From: Chrysomallon squamiferum
Taxonomy: Eukaryota > Animalia > Mollusca
NCBI GenBank assembly: GCA_012295275.1
Contig: CM022668.1
Span: 15,376,001 to 15,440,000, forward strand
Length of the DNA: 64,000 nt
Direction of reading: 5' to 3'
Under the pieces are notes generated by a model, which was given only the letters and a program-made list of their open reading frames with translations, was not told the DNA's origin and ran no database searches. Every line of letters starts with the position of its first letter. Position 1 is the stretch's first letter. This document shows, in pieces, positions 1-11,214 of the stretch. A program made the translations under genes and the position numbers.

Positions 1-15
1 TCCACTTCCAGAATT
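1..15 (+). CDS. TAF5: TAF5 exon end (PLPEL), truncated by window edge
   Basis: CCA CTT CCA GAA TT|gtaagt; phase 2 joins exon 377 to give PLPELKD. Confidence 0.85.
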
Positions 16-837
16 GTAAGTATAATTAGTTTATTTTATTTGCTAATATAACTGTAAAAGTGTAAAAGGTTATAGATTTTTAACATTATTAATTATTAAC
101 CATAGAAAAAAATTTATACACAGTTTTTATATATCTTCAGCATGCATGTCCTTACAATAACCATATACAGTTTTAATTTAATTATATTTATAATACATAT
201 CTGTATTCTACAATAATTTTTATGTATAAAAATTTTATACTAAAATTTTGTTCAAAGAAATATGTTTATTCTCTAAACACTAGTGCAAAAAGACCAGATA
301 TTAATTTAAAAATATATAAAAATTTTGTATCTGTATATTAATTATTAGTAAGGTTTTAATTGTTTTTCTTTCACAGAAAGGACTGTGACAAAATAGAAAA
401 GATAAATGCTTACAGAGAGGCTATAAAAAGAGCCAAAGTGGACAGAAATCATCCTCCCTCCATTTGTTTCTACACTTTTCTAAATTCCAGTCAAGGGTAA
501 AAATATACCTTTTTTTAAAAGAGTACCTTATGTGTTACAAACACAAGTCTGTGTATTTCTTTTAAACGTTGACGTACTTTTGAAAAGAAACCTCACTTTT
601 AAAAAAACTCTGATATTTAATGTTGACTTTAGTGTTTGCGTATCTGTATTTTTATTATTATTATTATTTTTTTTTTAAACTGTATTGGTAAATGTATACA
701 TTTTGAATTTTTTGTTCTTTTATTTTATTTTGTTTATTTATTTATTTATTTATGCATTTATTTATTTATTTATTTATTCATTCTTTTTTATTCATTCTTT
801 CCTTCTTTTTTTCTTTCTTTACTTACTTACTTATTTA

Positions 838-873
<36 letters not shown>

Positions 874-3626
874 TTTTCTTATTTATTTATTTATTTATTT
901 ATTTACTTACTTACTTATTTACTTACTTTTATATTACACAGAGTGACATCAATAGACATTTCTGAAGACTCCAAGTTGATCTGTGCTGGTTTTGCAGACT
1001 CAAAAATCCGAGTTTTCACAATGACCCCAAACAAACTGAGAAGCATGAAACCTCCTGATGAATTAGAAATAATCGACAGAGAAGCTGGTTAGTGTAAATT
1101 CTTAATAAAATCACCATAGCAACAGATTCTTAAAAAGCTCTAGTAAAGATTAATATATTTTTGTTGGTGTTAATAAAATTTACTGTGATGAAGCTTAGAG
1201 ATTGCCTAATAATGTAATTTTTTAATTTAATTTATATATCTATATCTATATCTATATGACACATGGCAATTTACACTCTAGAAATAGACTGTAGATTATG
1301 CAGCATGTTTTTCGCTGTTATGTCATTTATCATTAATGTTTGTTTGAGGATGGTGTATTTGAATGACAAGTGAATGATGTTTGATTCTAGATGATATTTA
1401 AGAGAGAAAGATGGATGATGATTCAGGGTCATATTTAATGATGACGTCCTGGAGAAAATGACAAATTCATATTCATGCATACATTTTTTTCTACATGGTT
1501 TCTGTAAATGAATGATGATTCAGACGCAACCTTTATGTTTGTTTCTAGATGATGTCCTGGAGAGGATGATGGACGATGATTCTGCGACAGACTTCAAACT
1601 GTTACTTGGTCACAGTGGTCCTGTTTATGCTACAAGTTTCAGTCACGACAAAGCATATTTGATATCGTCATCTGAAGACGGGACAAGTATGTTTAATTTA
1701 TAAAGTTCATACACTTCATACTTCAAACACTTCTTTTATTATTTTAAAAATATATATAGTCTTCTTCTGATAAAGGGGTAATATTATTTTATTATTTTAT
1801 GAATCTTGGTAAATAGTTAGGATATATTTTTATGTGTGTGAAAGGTATGTTAATTTTTGAAAATCAGGTTTCTTTAACTAATTAGATTTTTTCAGATTAA
1901 AATATGTTTAAACCATTTCTATTTTTAAGTTCTATATTACTGTAATTCTCTGCTTTCATTTGTTTTTTGTTTTTTTTAATCTATATTATTATTATTTTTT
2001 ACCTTGTGTGTTTGTGTGTAGCAGAATGCATGTATGTGTATATTTAAATGTGTCTGTGTCTGTGTGTGTCTCTATAACTTCTGTTGACAGTAATTTTTAT
2101 TTAAAACAAACTGTTTAGCATACTGATATATTTTCAGTTCGTCTGTGGAGTTTGTTGACATGGACCAGTCTTGTTTGTTACAAAGGACACAACTACCCTG
2201 TATGGGATGTTCAGTTTAGGTAATCATAGCCAATATTTTAAATGTATTTTCAGAAATTCTACAATTTTGTCCATTTGACTCATTCTTATTTGTTTATATT
2301 ATTTTTTAAATTATTTATTTAATTTTTTTGTGTTTTGTTTGATAATTAGTTTAAACATTATAAGAAAAGTCGGGTAATTTCAGCTAAATTGCTGCTACCT
2401 TAAAATAACAAGTTTGATTATTTAATTTTTAATTTTTAAATTGTTTTCAACCAGATTCCTGATTTGGTATCCATGACACAGAAGTGAATGATGATCACAA
2501 GAGTGATTTTTGAAATCCTAATTTGTCAGAGAATAAAATAGAGATTTAGAACCATGGATTATTAAGAAATAATGAAATGAAATAAGCAAAATGTATGAGA
2601 AAGTTAACACAGAGTGTGAATATTGGTGTATTCAAAAAATTAATATTTCTGACTTACATTATTGTATTATCTGTCTTTCAGTCCTCATGGTCACTACTTT
2701 GTTTCATGTGGACATGACCGGACAGCACGATTGTGGACAACTGACCACTACCAACCTGTTAGAATATTTGCAGGACATTCATCTGATGTTGATGTAACTT
2801 ACATTTGTTTTATTTTATGATTTTTTAAATGTTATTAGAATGTTTTGTTTTGTTATAGATTATAAAATGGTTGTTTCAAGTCTTAAATTTAGTTTACCTA
2901 ATATTATTATTTGTTGTTGTTTGTATATCTACTGTAAAATTTGTTTCATTTCAGTCTTAAATTTATTGTATTTATTATTATTATTATATCTTGTTGTTTA
3001 TATATCTGTATTTAATTCTATTGTTCATATATCCATTGTATTTTTTTCATTAATTGTGTTGTTCTGTTATTTATTAAATTTTATTAATATCTATTGTTTT
3101 ATATATATATTTTTTATTAATATCTATTATTCATTGTATTTATCCATTGTCTATTATTCACATATCTGTTGTTTTATCATTCTATTATTCATCTGTTGTT
3201 TTTATTATTTATTCTGAATATTTATTGTATTTATTATTAATGTCTATTATTCACATATCTGTTGTATTTATTATTAATGTCTGTTGTTTGTATATTTGTT
3301 GTGTTTATAATTTTAATTATAATCTTGACCTGCAGTGTGTGCAGTTTCACCCAAATTCTAACTACGTAGCAACAGGAAGCAGTGACAAGAGTGTGCGACT
3401 GTGGGATGTTCTCAATGGTTCCTGTGTTCGCATCATGACTGGCCACAAGGTAAATAAAACCTTTACCTGAACAAACAGCACAACATCCTAATAGTAACCA
3501 TCAGTTCTAAACTAATATATTTTTGATAATCATTTCGAGAAGATTTTCTTTTCTTTTTTTTTGTAATTTTCTGGGGGGTTTTCAAATAGTTGAGAATGCT
3601 TTTCATATTTTTCACTGCCATAATTT

Positions 3627-3662
<36 letters not shown>

Positions 3663-4662
3663 GTACCTTTGATAAAAAGACATAATCTGAAATATATTTA
3701 TTTGTTTACTCAAAAGTTGCACTGTGTTAGGTATTTGTCAATTTATAGTCTTAAATATATTCTGCATCTTGCCGATCAAGAAAGAGTTTAAACTAATTCT
3801 GCTTACTTAGAAGTTGAGTTTTATTTTTCTCTTGCCAAAAAAACACAAAAAAAACGTAGTAAGAATATATTCAGCATGCTTAGTATAGAAGAAATGTTTT
3901 TTTCAATGGCATCTCTCTAAACAAAATATGATCAGTGTCATTTAGAAAGTACATAAGCAAATATATAAAGAAAGTTTTCATTTTTAAATTAATAATCTTC
4001 ATAATTAATTACCTGGTTTTTTTTTACAGGATCCAATTTACTGCCTTCGTTTCTCACCTGATGGTCGATACCTTTCTTCATCAGGTAAGTCTGGCAGTAA
4101 TGTTTACATACACCTGTTTATAGGGTACACAGTAACTTAAGACTTCAGTAGTCTCATCCCTCTGTTACTGGTTGCATAGAAATAATCACTGCTTTTGTCA
4201 GTTATAAATACTAGGGTATAAATAAAATAAGTAAAACATGCATGAATTAACCAATTTGTGGATCATTTATTTTTATCACGTGCGTTTTTTGAACCATTTA
4301 TAGTATAATAAAAACTTCATAATCATTAAATGTATGTTAGTGTAATGCAAGTTTTAGTAAGATCTATTTAGATCTTCAAGTCCAGTTACTATTCAAACAG
4401 TTTTGTGAAATGGCACCAACTGCTGATAAATAAATACAAAAACTTTTAAATTAATTAATTAAAAAATACTGATGCTTATATTTTGTGTTTCGTGTTTTGA
4501 TTTCAAATGTCCTGGTATTTTATATTTTATGTGATGTAATGTTACAGTTTTTAATTTAATATACTTTCATAATTCAGGAAGTGATATGAATAATTTTTTG
4601 CTTTATGTATTTTTATATATATGTATATATATATAAAATGCTTTTTTGTTTTTTTAAAGTTT

Positions 4663-4711
<49 letters not shown>

Positions 4712-5182
4712 TATCAGGAGCTGATCAGATAGTTATTTTGTGGGACTTGGCCAGTGGTAACATGATAGCACAGATGAGAGATCACAAAGACACAGTTTAC
4801 AGTTTGTGTTTCAGTCGAGATGGGTCTGTACTAGCTTCAGGTAAAAATACATTTATAATAATAATAACAAACTAAAAATAAAGATTATGATGATGACGAC
4901 GTCTATGCTAAAATGATGATGATAATCTTTATTTAAAGAATAAATGTTTGATTCAAAAAGGAAACGTTAGTTGTCATAAAACAAAATTTGATAGTTATAT
5001 GAATATAAATAAAAAAAAATTAGTGTTGTCTTCACTGAAGTAAAAATAACAGAAATTAATATTTTTTTATTTATAATACTTATTGAAATATATATAAATA
5101 AAGAGCAACAAAAATGGAGAAAAAATGAAGTGTAATACAAGCAGTAAATGGATATATTTCAGTAACTGACACTGACAAAATC

Positions 5183-5214
<32 letters not shown>

Positions 5215-6175
5215 CCCTGTTTATCATTCAAATTTTTTTGTTATGATTAATAGCAATTAACATAGGACACTATTTCTTTGCATTTGTAATGCTGGTGCTG
5301 ATAGTATTAAGAGAGATTTATTTGAATGTTTTTATGTAGGAGGTCTTGACAACACTGTTAAGCTGTGGGACATACATAAAGTTTACGAAGAACAAGATAC
5401 TGAAGCAGACCCCACAATACCAAGTGCTGTAATCATGTGAGTTTTATATTTAATTATTTATAGAACATATCTCTTAGCTTTATGACTGTTATTACTTTTT
5501 AAACAGAGTAAATACATTTTTGGTGTCTCCACATAATTTATTTTTGTTAACCAAACTTGGCTAACAATAAAGGATGATGATAAAGTAATATCACTGTATC
5601 TTCAGAAATATTTCTGAAACACCTGTGATAGTAAATATGTAATTAATTATTTTTGATTGTTGTTGCTATGTCATAACAAATAAGACCTAAGTAAGCAGAA
5701 TATGTTTTGAATTGAATCTTCGTATCAAAAGTACATTCTAAAACAAAAACAAAGCAATCTTATCAGAAAAATACAAAAAGCATTCTCAGTAGAAGATGAC
5801 AAAAAAAATCTTCTCTAAAAAAATTAACAAAAAGAAAATGTCAAGAGTGAAAATATTAAACATTTGGGTTCAAGGGGGTTAATGATGGAAATGTAACATC
5901 AATAAACAGTACTAGACGTGTGTGTGTGTGTGTGTTTTTTTTAATTTTATTTTTCTTCTTTAGTTTTTGCTGTTTTTATTTGATTTTATTTGATTTTTTT
6001 TTACTTTTTTTTTTTTTTTTTAATTTATTATTTTATTTTTATTTTTATTTATTTTTTCAGAAATGACAGCCCATCTCTGCTGATTGACACATACCACACC
6101 AAGTCAACACCAGTTTTAGCTCTGCACTTTACTAGAAGAAATCTGCTGCTGGCAAGCGGTGCTATGGTATCATGA
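1..6175 (+). CDS. TAF5: Transcription initiation factor TFIID subunit 5, 3' portion (WD40 region); 5' end lies outside the window
   Basis: Exons 1-15, 377-496, 942-1087, 1549-1686, 2138-2219, 2682-2793, 3336-3449, 4030-4084, 4718-4840, 5340-5436 and 6061-6175; all GT-AG with compatible phases. Translation has TAF5 hallmarks PLPELKD, PSICFYTFLN, LLGHSGPVY, FHPNSNYVATGSSD and TKSTPVLALHFTRRNLLLASG. Confidence 0.96.
377..496 (+). CDS. TAF5: TAF5 exon (KDCDKIEK...PPSICFYTFLNSSQG)
   Basis: tttcacag acceptor, gg|gtaaaa donor. Confidence 0.93.
735..930. repeat. (TTTA)n/(TTAC)n microsatellite in TAF5 intron
   Basis: Direct reading; source of the spurious ORFs 636-1092. Confidence 0.9.
942..1087 (+). 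CDS. TAF5: TAF5 exon (VTSIDISEDSKLICAGFADSKIRVF...IIDREA)
   Basis: acacag acceptor, g|gttagt donor; WD40 repeat. Confidence 0.93.
1549..1686 (+). CDS. TAF5: TAF5 exon (DDVLERMMDD...GHSGPVYATSFS...SSEDGT)
   Basis: gtttctag acceptor, a|gtatgt donor. Confidence 0.94.
2138..2219 (+). CDS. TAF5: TAF5 exon (IRLWSLLTWTSLVCYKGHNYPVWDVQFS)
   Basis: ttttcag acceptor, ag|gtaatc donor; GH...WD repeat. Confidence 0.94.
2682..2793 (+). CDS. TAF5: TAF5 exon (PHGHYFVSCGHDRTARLWTTDHYQPVRIFAGHSSDVD)
   Basis: ctttcag acceptor, gat|gtaact donor. Confidence 0.94.
2890..3310. repeat. Degenerate AT-rich minisatellite (atatctgttgt/tattaat units) in TAF5 intron
   Basis: Recurrent tgtctattattcacatatctgttgt at about 3148 and 3241, plus variants. 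Confidence 0.7.
3336..3449 (+). CDS. TAF5: TAF5 exon (CVQFHPNSNYVATGSSDKSVRLWDVLNGSCVRIMTGHK)
   Basis: ctgcag acceptor, aag|gtaaat donor. Confidence 0.95.
4030..4084 (+). CDS. TAF5: TAF5 exon (DPIYCLRFSPDGRYLSSS)
   Basis: ttttacag acceptor, cag|gtaagt donor. Confidence 0.93.
4718..4840 (+). CDS. TAF5: TAF5 exon (GADQIVILWDLASG...FSRDGSVLAS)
   Basis: atatcag acceptor, cag|gtaaaa donor. Confidence 0.94.
5340..5436 (+). CDS. TAF5: TAF5 exon (GGLDNTVKLWDIHKVYEEQDTEADPTIPSAVI)
   Basis: tatgtag acceptor, at|gtgagt donor. Confidence 0.92.
6061..6175 (+). CDS. TAF5: TAF5 last coding exon (NDSPSLLIDTYHTKSTPVLALHFTRRNLLLASGAMVS*)
   Basis: Long polypyrimidine tract plus cag; conserved TAF5 C-terminus; TGA. 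Confidence 0.95.
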
Positions 6176-7255
6176 CAGGACACCAGCAACAGGAAACAAA
6201 CACCTGAATTTATTTTTCAACCAGACTAATGGTTTCAGCAGATAACATAGATGGCAGTACTAGCAGATGTTTTCAAAATAAGTGGACAGCAAATTAGGGC
6301 CGATCCTGTTAAAAATAACTGGGCAGAGAATTTGGACAGATGTGATACAAAAGGAGGACTGGGATTTCAGTGTGATGTTTGTTCATGTGAATGAGCCACA
6401 TTGATTATTAATGGTACCTGCCATTGTTCAGCTTTGCAGTGAATTCAGAAAATATGTTTATAAAAAAAAAAAAATGTAAAAACAAAAATATGTGAACAGT
6501 AATTCTGGCCAATTTTGCAAAAAGTGAACAATGATTTTGGTCAGTATTTTAAAAAGGTGGACAATGAGTTATTGTTTACTCAAGATGGCAGCGTTTTTGA
6601 TATTCTTGTTGACCAACTTGGATGTTTTGTTGAGCAATATTATATTATTACTCCATTTGGTTTCTGTTATTAGCAGTTTTTCTTTGCTGATGTAGTTAAA
6701 CCAAGTGGCTACTGTTGTTGAAATAATTTGACAGACTTACCTCCCATTACTGTTGAAATAAATTAACAATCTGATTGGCCACTATTGCTGAAGCAAATTG
6801 GCAGTCTTTTTGGCAGTTACTGCCAAAGTAAACTGACAGTCACACTGACTGAAGGATTTACAGACAGTCATGGTTCCACTATTGTCGTCACTGAAATGGC
6901 CAATAAAAACGACTTCAGTGTCCTCTTTTTAGCCAGTATTGTTGATCTGTTTGGAAGTTCTTGTTGATTAACCAGCCAAGATGAATTTGTACAAACCAGC
7001 AACATAATAATCACAACAATCCTTGAGTTGTTACATTAATATGAAACAAAGGGTTAGAGCTAGAATTTTTAAAAATTACTCACACTATTGTGTGGATACA
7101 GCTTTGAAGACGAAATGAGATTTAGAAGACAAAAACACTGGAAAGAATTTATTTTATTTATTTTTTATTTGCAATGAAAGTAAATGTGTTTCACAAACTA
7201 GAGAAGAGTGAATGAACCCATTAGAACTTGTTGAAACAGAGCCTTCAACTGAACA

Positions 7256-7261
7256 AATAAA
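7256..7261 (+). terminator. Candidate TAF5 polyadenylation signal AATAAA
   Basis: AATAAA about 1.1 kb after the stop, followed by a GT/T-rich stretch (gtgattttgtttatt). Other AATAAA copies exist nearby, so the choice is uncertain. Confidence 0.4.
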
Positions 7262-7600
7262 TGTACTTGAAAGAAGTGATTTTGTTTATTATATTTTTAT
7301 TTATCAAAAAGAGGAAAAAGAAAGTTATCCATATTACATTGCTTGAAATGTATAAAGACATTGAAATCAGTAATCTTGTGTTTGTTGTTGCTCTTTATTT
7401 TTTATTATTAATAAATTAAATACTAGTTATTGTGCTCTGAAAAGTTTATTCAGAACTAGATAATTCAAACACTTCTTATTCTAGAATCCACAATTTGACC
7501 CTAATTAGATTTCATTATGATTTAAAAGTATGTTATTTAAAAAAAAAAAAAAATGCTGAATATGAATGGCAAATAAAATATTATTAATGTATTTTATGTA

Positions 7601-7659
<59 letters not shown>

Positions 7660-7729
7660 TTATTAAGATGAAGTTAAAGTAATTTAGTAAACAATTTATC
7701 TGAACTGCAAGCACTACCACAATATATTT

Positions 7730-7995
7730 TAAAATTACTCGGCCGAGTTTTTGACGACACCACAAAAACAATAAAGAAAAATAAATGAATAATTTTCATG
7801 TTTAATATTGAAAATAATATTTGAAAATTAATTTCTGTGCTGTGGATATGATTTAGCTTAAAGAAAAAAAAAAAATAAATAAAAGAAACTGGCAAAAATT
7901 CGTTTGTCCAAAACATTCGTTGATTAGACTGAACCATTTTCGACCTATGAATCGACCAATAGACAACTAGTATCCAGCGACAACAAACATGGCGG
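7730..7995 (+). promoter_or_regulatory. TPGS1 promoter / CpG-retaining island
   Basis: CpGs cluster here and into intron 1 (to about 8460) within an otherwise CpG-poor domain. CCAAT at 7956-7960; AACATGGCGG (YY1-type) overlaps the ATG. Confidence 0.6.
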
Positions 7996-8055
7996 ACAGA
8001 CGTAAAACTGCTCAGACGGAAGATCGCGTACAAGAATCAGATAGACAGTTTCTTG
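7989..8055 (+). CDS. TPGS1: TPGS1 exon 1 (MADRRKTAQTEDRVQESDRQFL)
   Basis: aacATGG start context; g|gtactc donor; phase 1 fits exon 2. Confidence 0.85.
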
Positions 8056-11000
8056 GTACTCATTTAGATGCACTGTGTTTTGATAAAATATGTATCAATA
8101 GTTTTTAAACATGAAAACATGTTTCAAATGATTTAACCGCTTTAAAATAATTTGTTTCCTGATTTTAGGCCGAGAATTTAAATGTTATTATTAAGATTTA
8201 GAATTTCAGTATGGCAGCCAATTCACAGATGCTGGTGATCGAGATCGTTGATAATCTTGATGCCTGCACGAAGCAGACGTTTAAGCCTTAGGGCCACTCA
8301 GTTACAGCATAAGATCTAGTATAGTCTGTCTTGTTCATCCGGATTTTATATTGCAACAAAATAGTTGAATATTATTAGAGTATTTCATATAAGTTTACCT
8401 CAGAGGATATGATTAATCATTAATTTTGTAAATTCATCTAATCTCTAATTACGATCGTTTATAACAGCTTATTTCTTTATGCGATAAGGATATATAATGT
8501 TATAATGCTTGTCAGTATAATATGTTAGAGGAATGTGAATAATTTTTGAATTAAAACTATTTTTTAGGCATTTGATTTTTTGATTTTTTATTTTTTATTT
8601 TTAATTTTTTTTTTTTTTTTTTTAAATTTAGTTTATTATTATTTTTTAAATTAATTTATATTAGTTGAATAAATTGTGTGTATATGTATGTGTGTGTCTG
8701 TACTTATATATAATTATTAATTTATTAGTATTAGTATTTATTACTATTGTTATTATATTTTATTTTTATTTTTTCACAGAAAGAACAGGTGTTGGTAATA
8801 TAGTTCGTGATGTTCTTGCTAAGATTGTTGCTAACAGGCCAGTAGATCCAATTGATTTTTTAGCTACTTAGTAAGTATTTTCTATATTTTGAATAAATTA
8901 ACAAGATAAACAGATGCTCCATTATTAGAGCATTACTTATCAGGCATGTCACTTAAAATAATAATAATAATTATACATCATCTTTATTTTTAAAGAATGA
9001 ATTTTTGAACATCTTGTAAACAAAATTTTATTTTTATTTAAATGATTATATTAATCATTAATTTAATGTTAATTATTTTTAGCCACTTATACTGTTTACC
9101 CATCATAATCATTATTGTGCACTATATGTGTTTGTGTATGTGTGTTTATGTTGTTGTTTGTATATACTAATATGTATATAAACAGGTATGTACAGGTACT
9201 GGACCAATTATCCGGCATCCTGAAATCTGCAAAGACCAGAAAACTGGAAAATTTTTCCCCGACACTATTTCCATAGTTCACACATGTGTGTATTGTCCTC
9301 ACCAAACTGGAACTACTCTTTCAAGCCACGTGGCATTCATTCACTTGCTGCATTGTTTACATGTCGAATTTTAAAATGTTTATGCCTAATTATTTACGTA
9401 TTTAGATGCCTTGGTACCAGAAAAAACGGAAAATCCAGAAATCTGGAATGCCTCAGGCCCCAATTGGTCCGGTACCTGTATTGTAATTGTCTTCGTTTTC
9501 AGTTTCGTATCTCAGGAAGAGCAGAGTTCCAGTGTTCAGACAGCGTGTGAGACAATACAGATGACACATCACAGTCGTCCAGTGTTTGACAGCAATGTCC
9601 GAGTTGCCTATGAAATCCTCAGCAAGCCAAGAGGTAGATTTACATTCTGGACATTTACCTGAGTCATAACTTCCATCAGTAATAGATACGTGCCATTATT
9701 TTTATCATGTTACCACTGACATTTTAAATTTTGGAAAGCAGTATAACTTTCACTGCCAGCAGTTATAATTTCCAAATGAAGTATAGTATTTTAATATCCA
9801 GTGATGTATAGCATTTTATTAAAGCAGTTTTATTATACAGCAGTATATAGAAGAAATTTGCTACAAACAGTTCTAATATCTAGTGAAGTTTAGTGTTCTA
9901 ATATCCAGTGATGTGTAGTATTTTATTACAGCAGTTTTATTACACAGTGGTATATAGAATTTTACTACAGTTTTAATATCCAGTGAAGTATAACCTTCTA
10001 TTCCAAACAGTTTCAAATACACTGAAGTATAGCATTGTAGTTTACTACCCAAATTTTAATGTCAAATTAAGTATAGGATTCTGCTATTCACAGCTGTGAT
10101 ATCCAATAAAGTATAGCATCTTAGTACCAACAGTTCATTTATCTAATACCAGAAGGCACATTACTGTTAGCAGTTTTAGTGTCCAGTGAGTTGTAAAAAT
10201 TTTAATATCCTACGCAGTATGGTAACATTAACTTATGTTTTGTTTTATTAATTATCATTTCAGCTACGACAGGTAAAGCATCCAAGAAGAGTGGATTGAC
10301 AGGAGCTGTTTATACAGACCTTCTGTACATGTTGTGCAGGTTTGTTATTTATTTGTTTAATGTTATGTTATATTTCAAGCTCATTTTCATTAATAACACA
10401 ACAAAAAACATTGATTTGTTTGATATTAGTTTCTGTTATTCAGTACATTGATGTAGTTAGAACGTTGTTGAATATAAAAGTCGTATGTTAGTTTTAATCA
10501 TTAGTTATAGTAGTTAAAAGGTGTAGTGTGTATATGTGTGTGTGTGTGTGTGTTTTGTGTGTGTGTGAGGACAGATGCATGTCAACACACTTTTAAAATA
10601 GATTTTCTTTTGTTACAAAGATTTTTGATTGTCAGTTTCCATTATAAAATATTAAAAAGGAGTCCTCCATTTCAGCGACATTCCGACAGCCATAACGAGC
10701 AAACTGATGAAGAAAATTCAGTGTTGTGACTTTGAAGCTGTGCCTTACGATGTGTTCAGATCTGCTGTCTTTACTTGTTGTGTTCTTCAAGGTTAGTTGT
10801 CACTGTCTTGTCTTTTTAATGCTTCAGTTACTTCCCTTTATTCTATTTTATACTTTTTCATTTTCTTATTATTTTTCATTTTATTTTATTTTCTTTATAT
10901 TTATTATTATTATTATAACTGTTACTAATATTATCAATTTATTGTCACTGACATTATTATTCTTGTTATTGTTATGTTATTATCATTATTATTATTATCG

Positions 11001-11091
11001 TTATTATATTACTATTATTGTTATATCATAATTGAAATAATTATGTTATTATTATTACTATTATTGTTGTTGTTGTTGTCATTAATATTAC

Positions 11092-11155
<64 letters not shown>

Positions 11156-11176
11156 TTAATATTATTATTATTATTA

Positions 11177-11214
<38 letters not shown>

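Noticed and set aside
636-965. Numerous hydrophobic or low-complexity ORFs (poly-L/Y/F/V/S/T, ERER, HTHT) here and throughout the window
   Set aside because: They are translations of microsatellites and poly-T/A tracts in introns and intergenic DNA, with no splice or homology support.
1370-1530. Multiple ATGATGA box C-like motifs suggesting an intronic C/D snoRNA
   Set aside because: Explained by duplicated exon-start sequence (GATGAT codons); no suitably placed CTGA box D with terminal stem.
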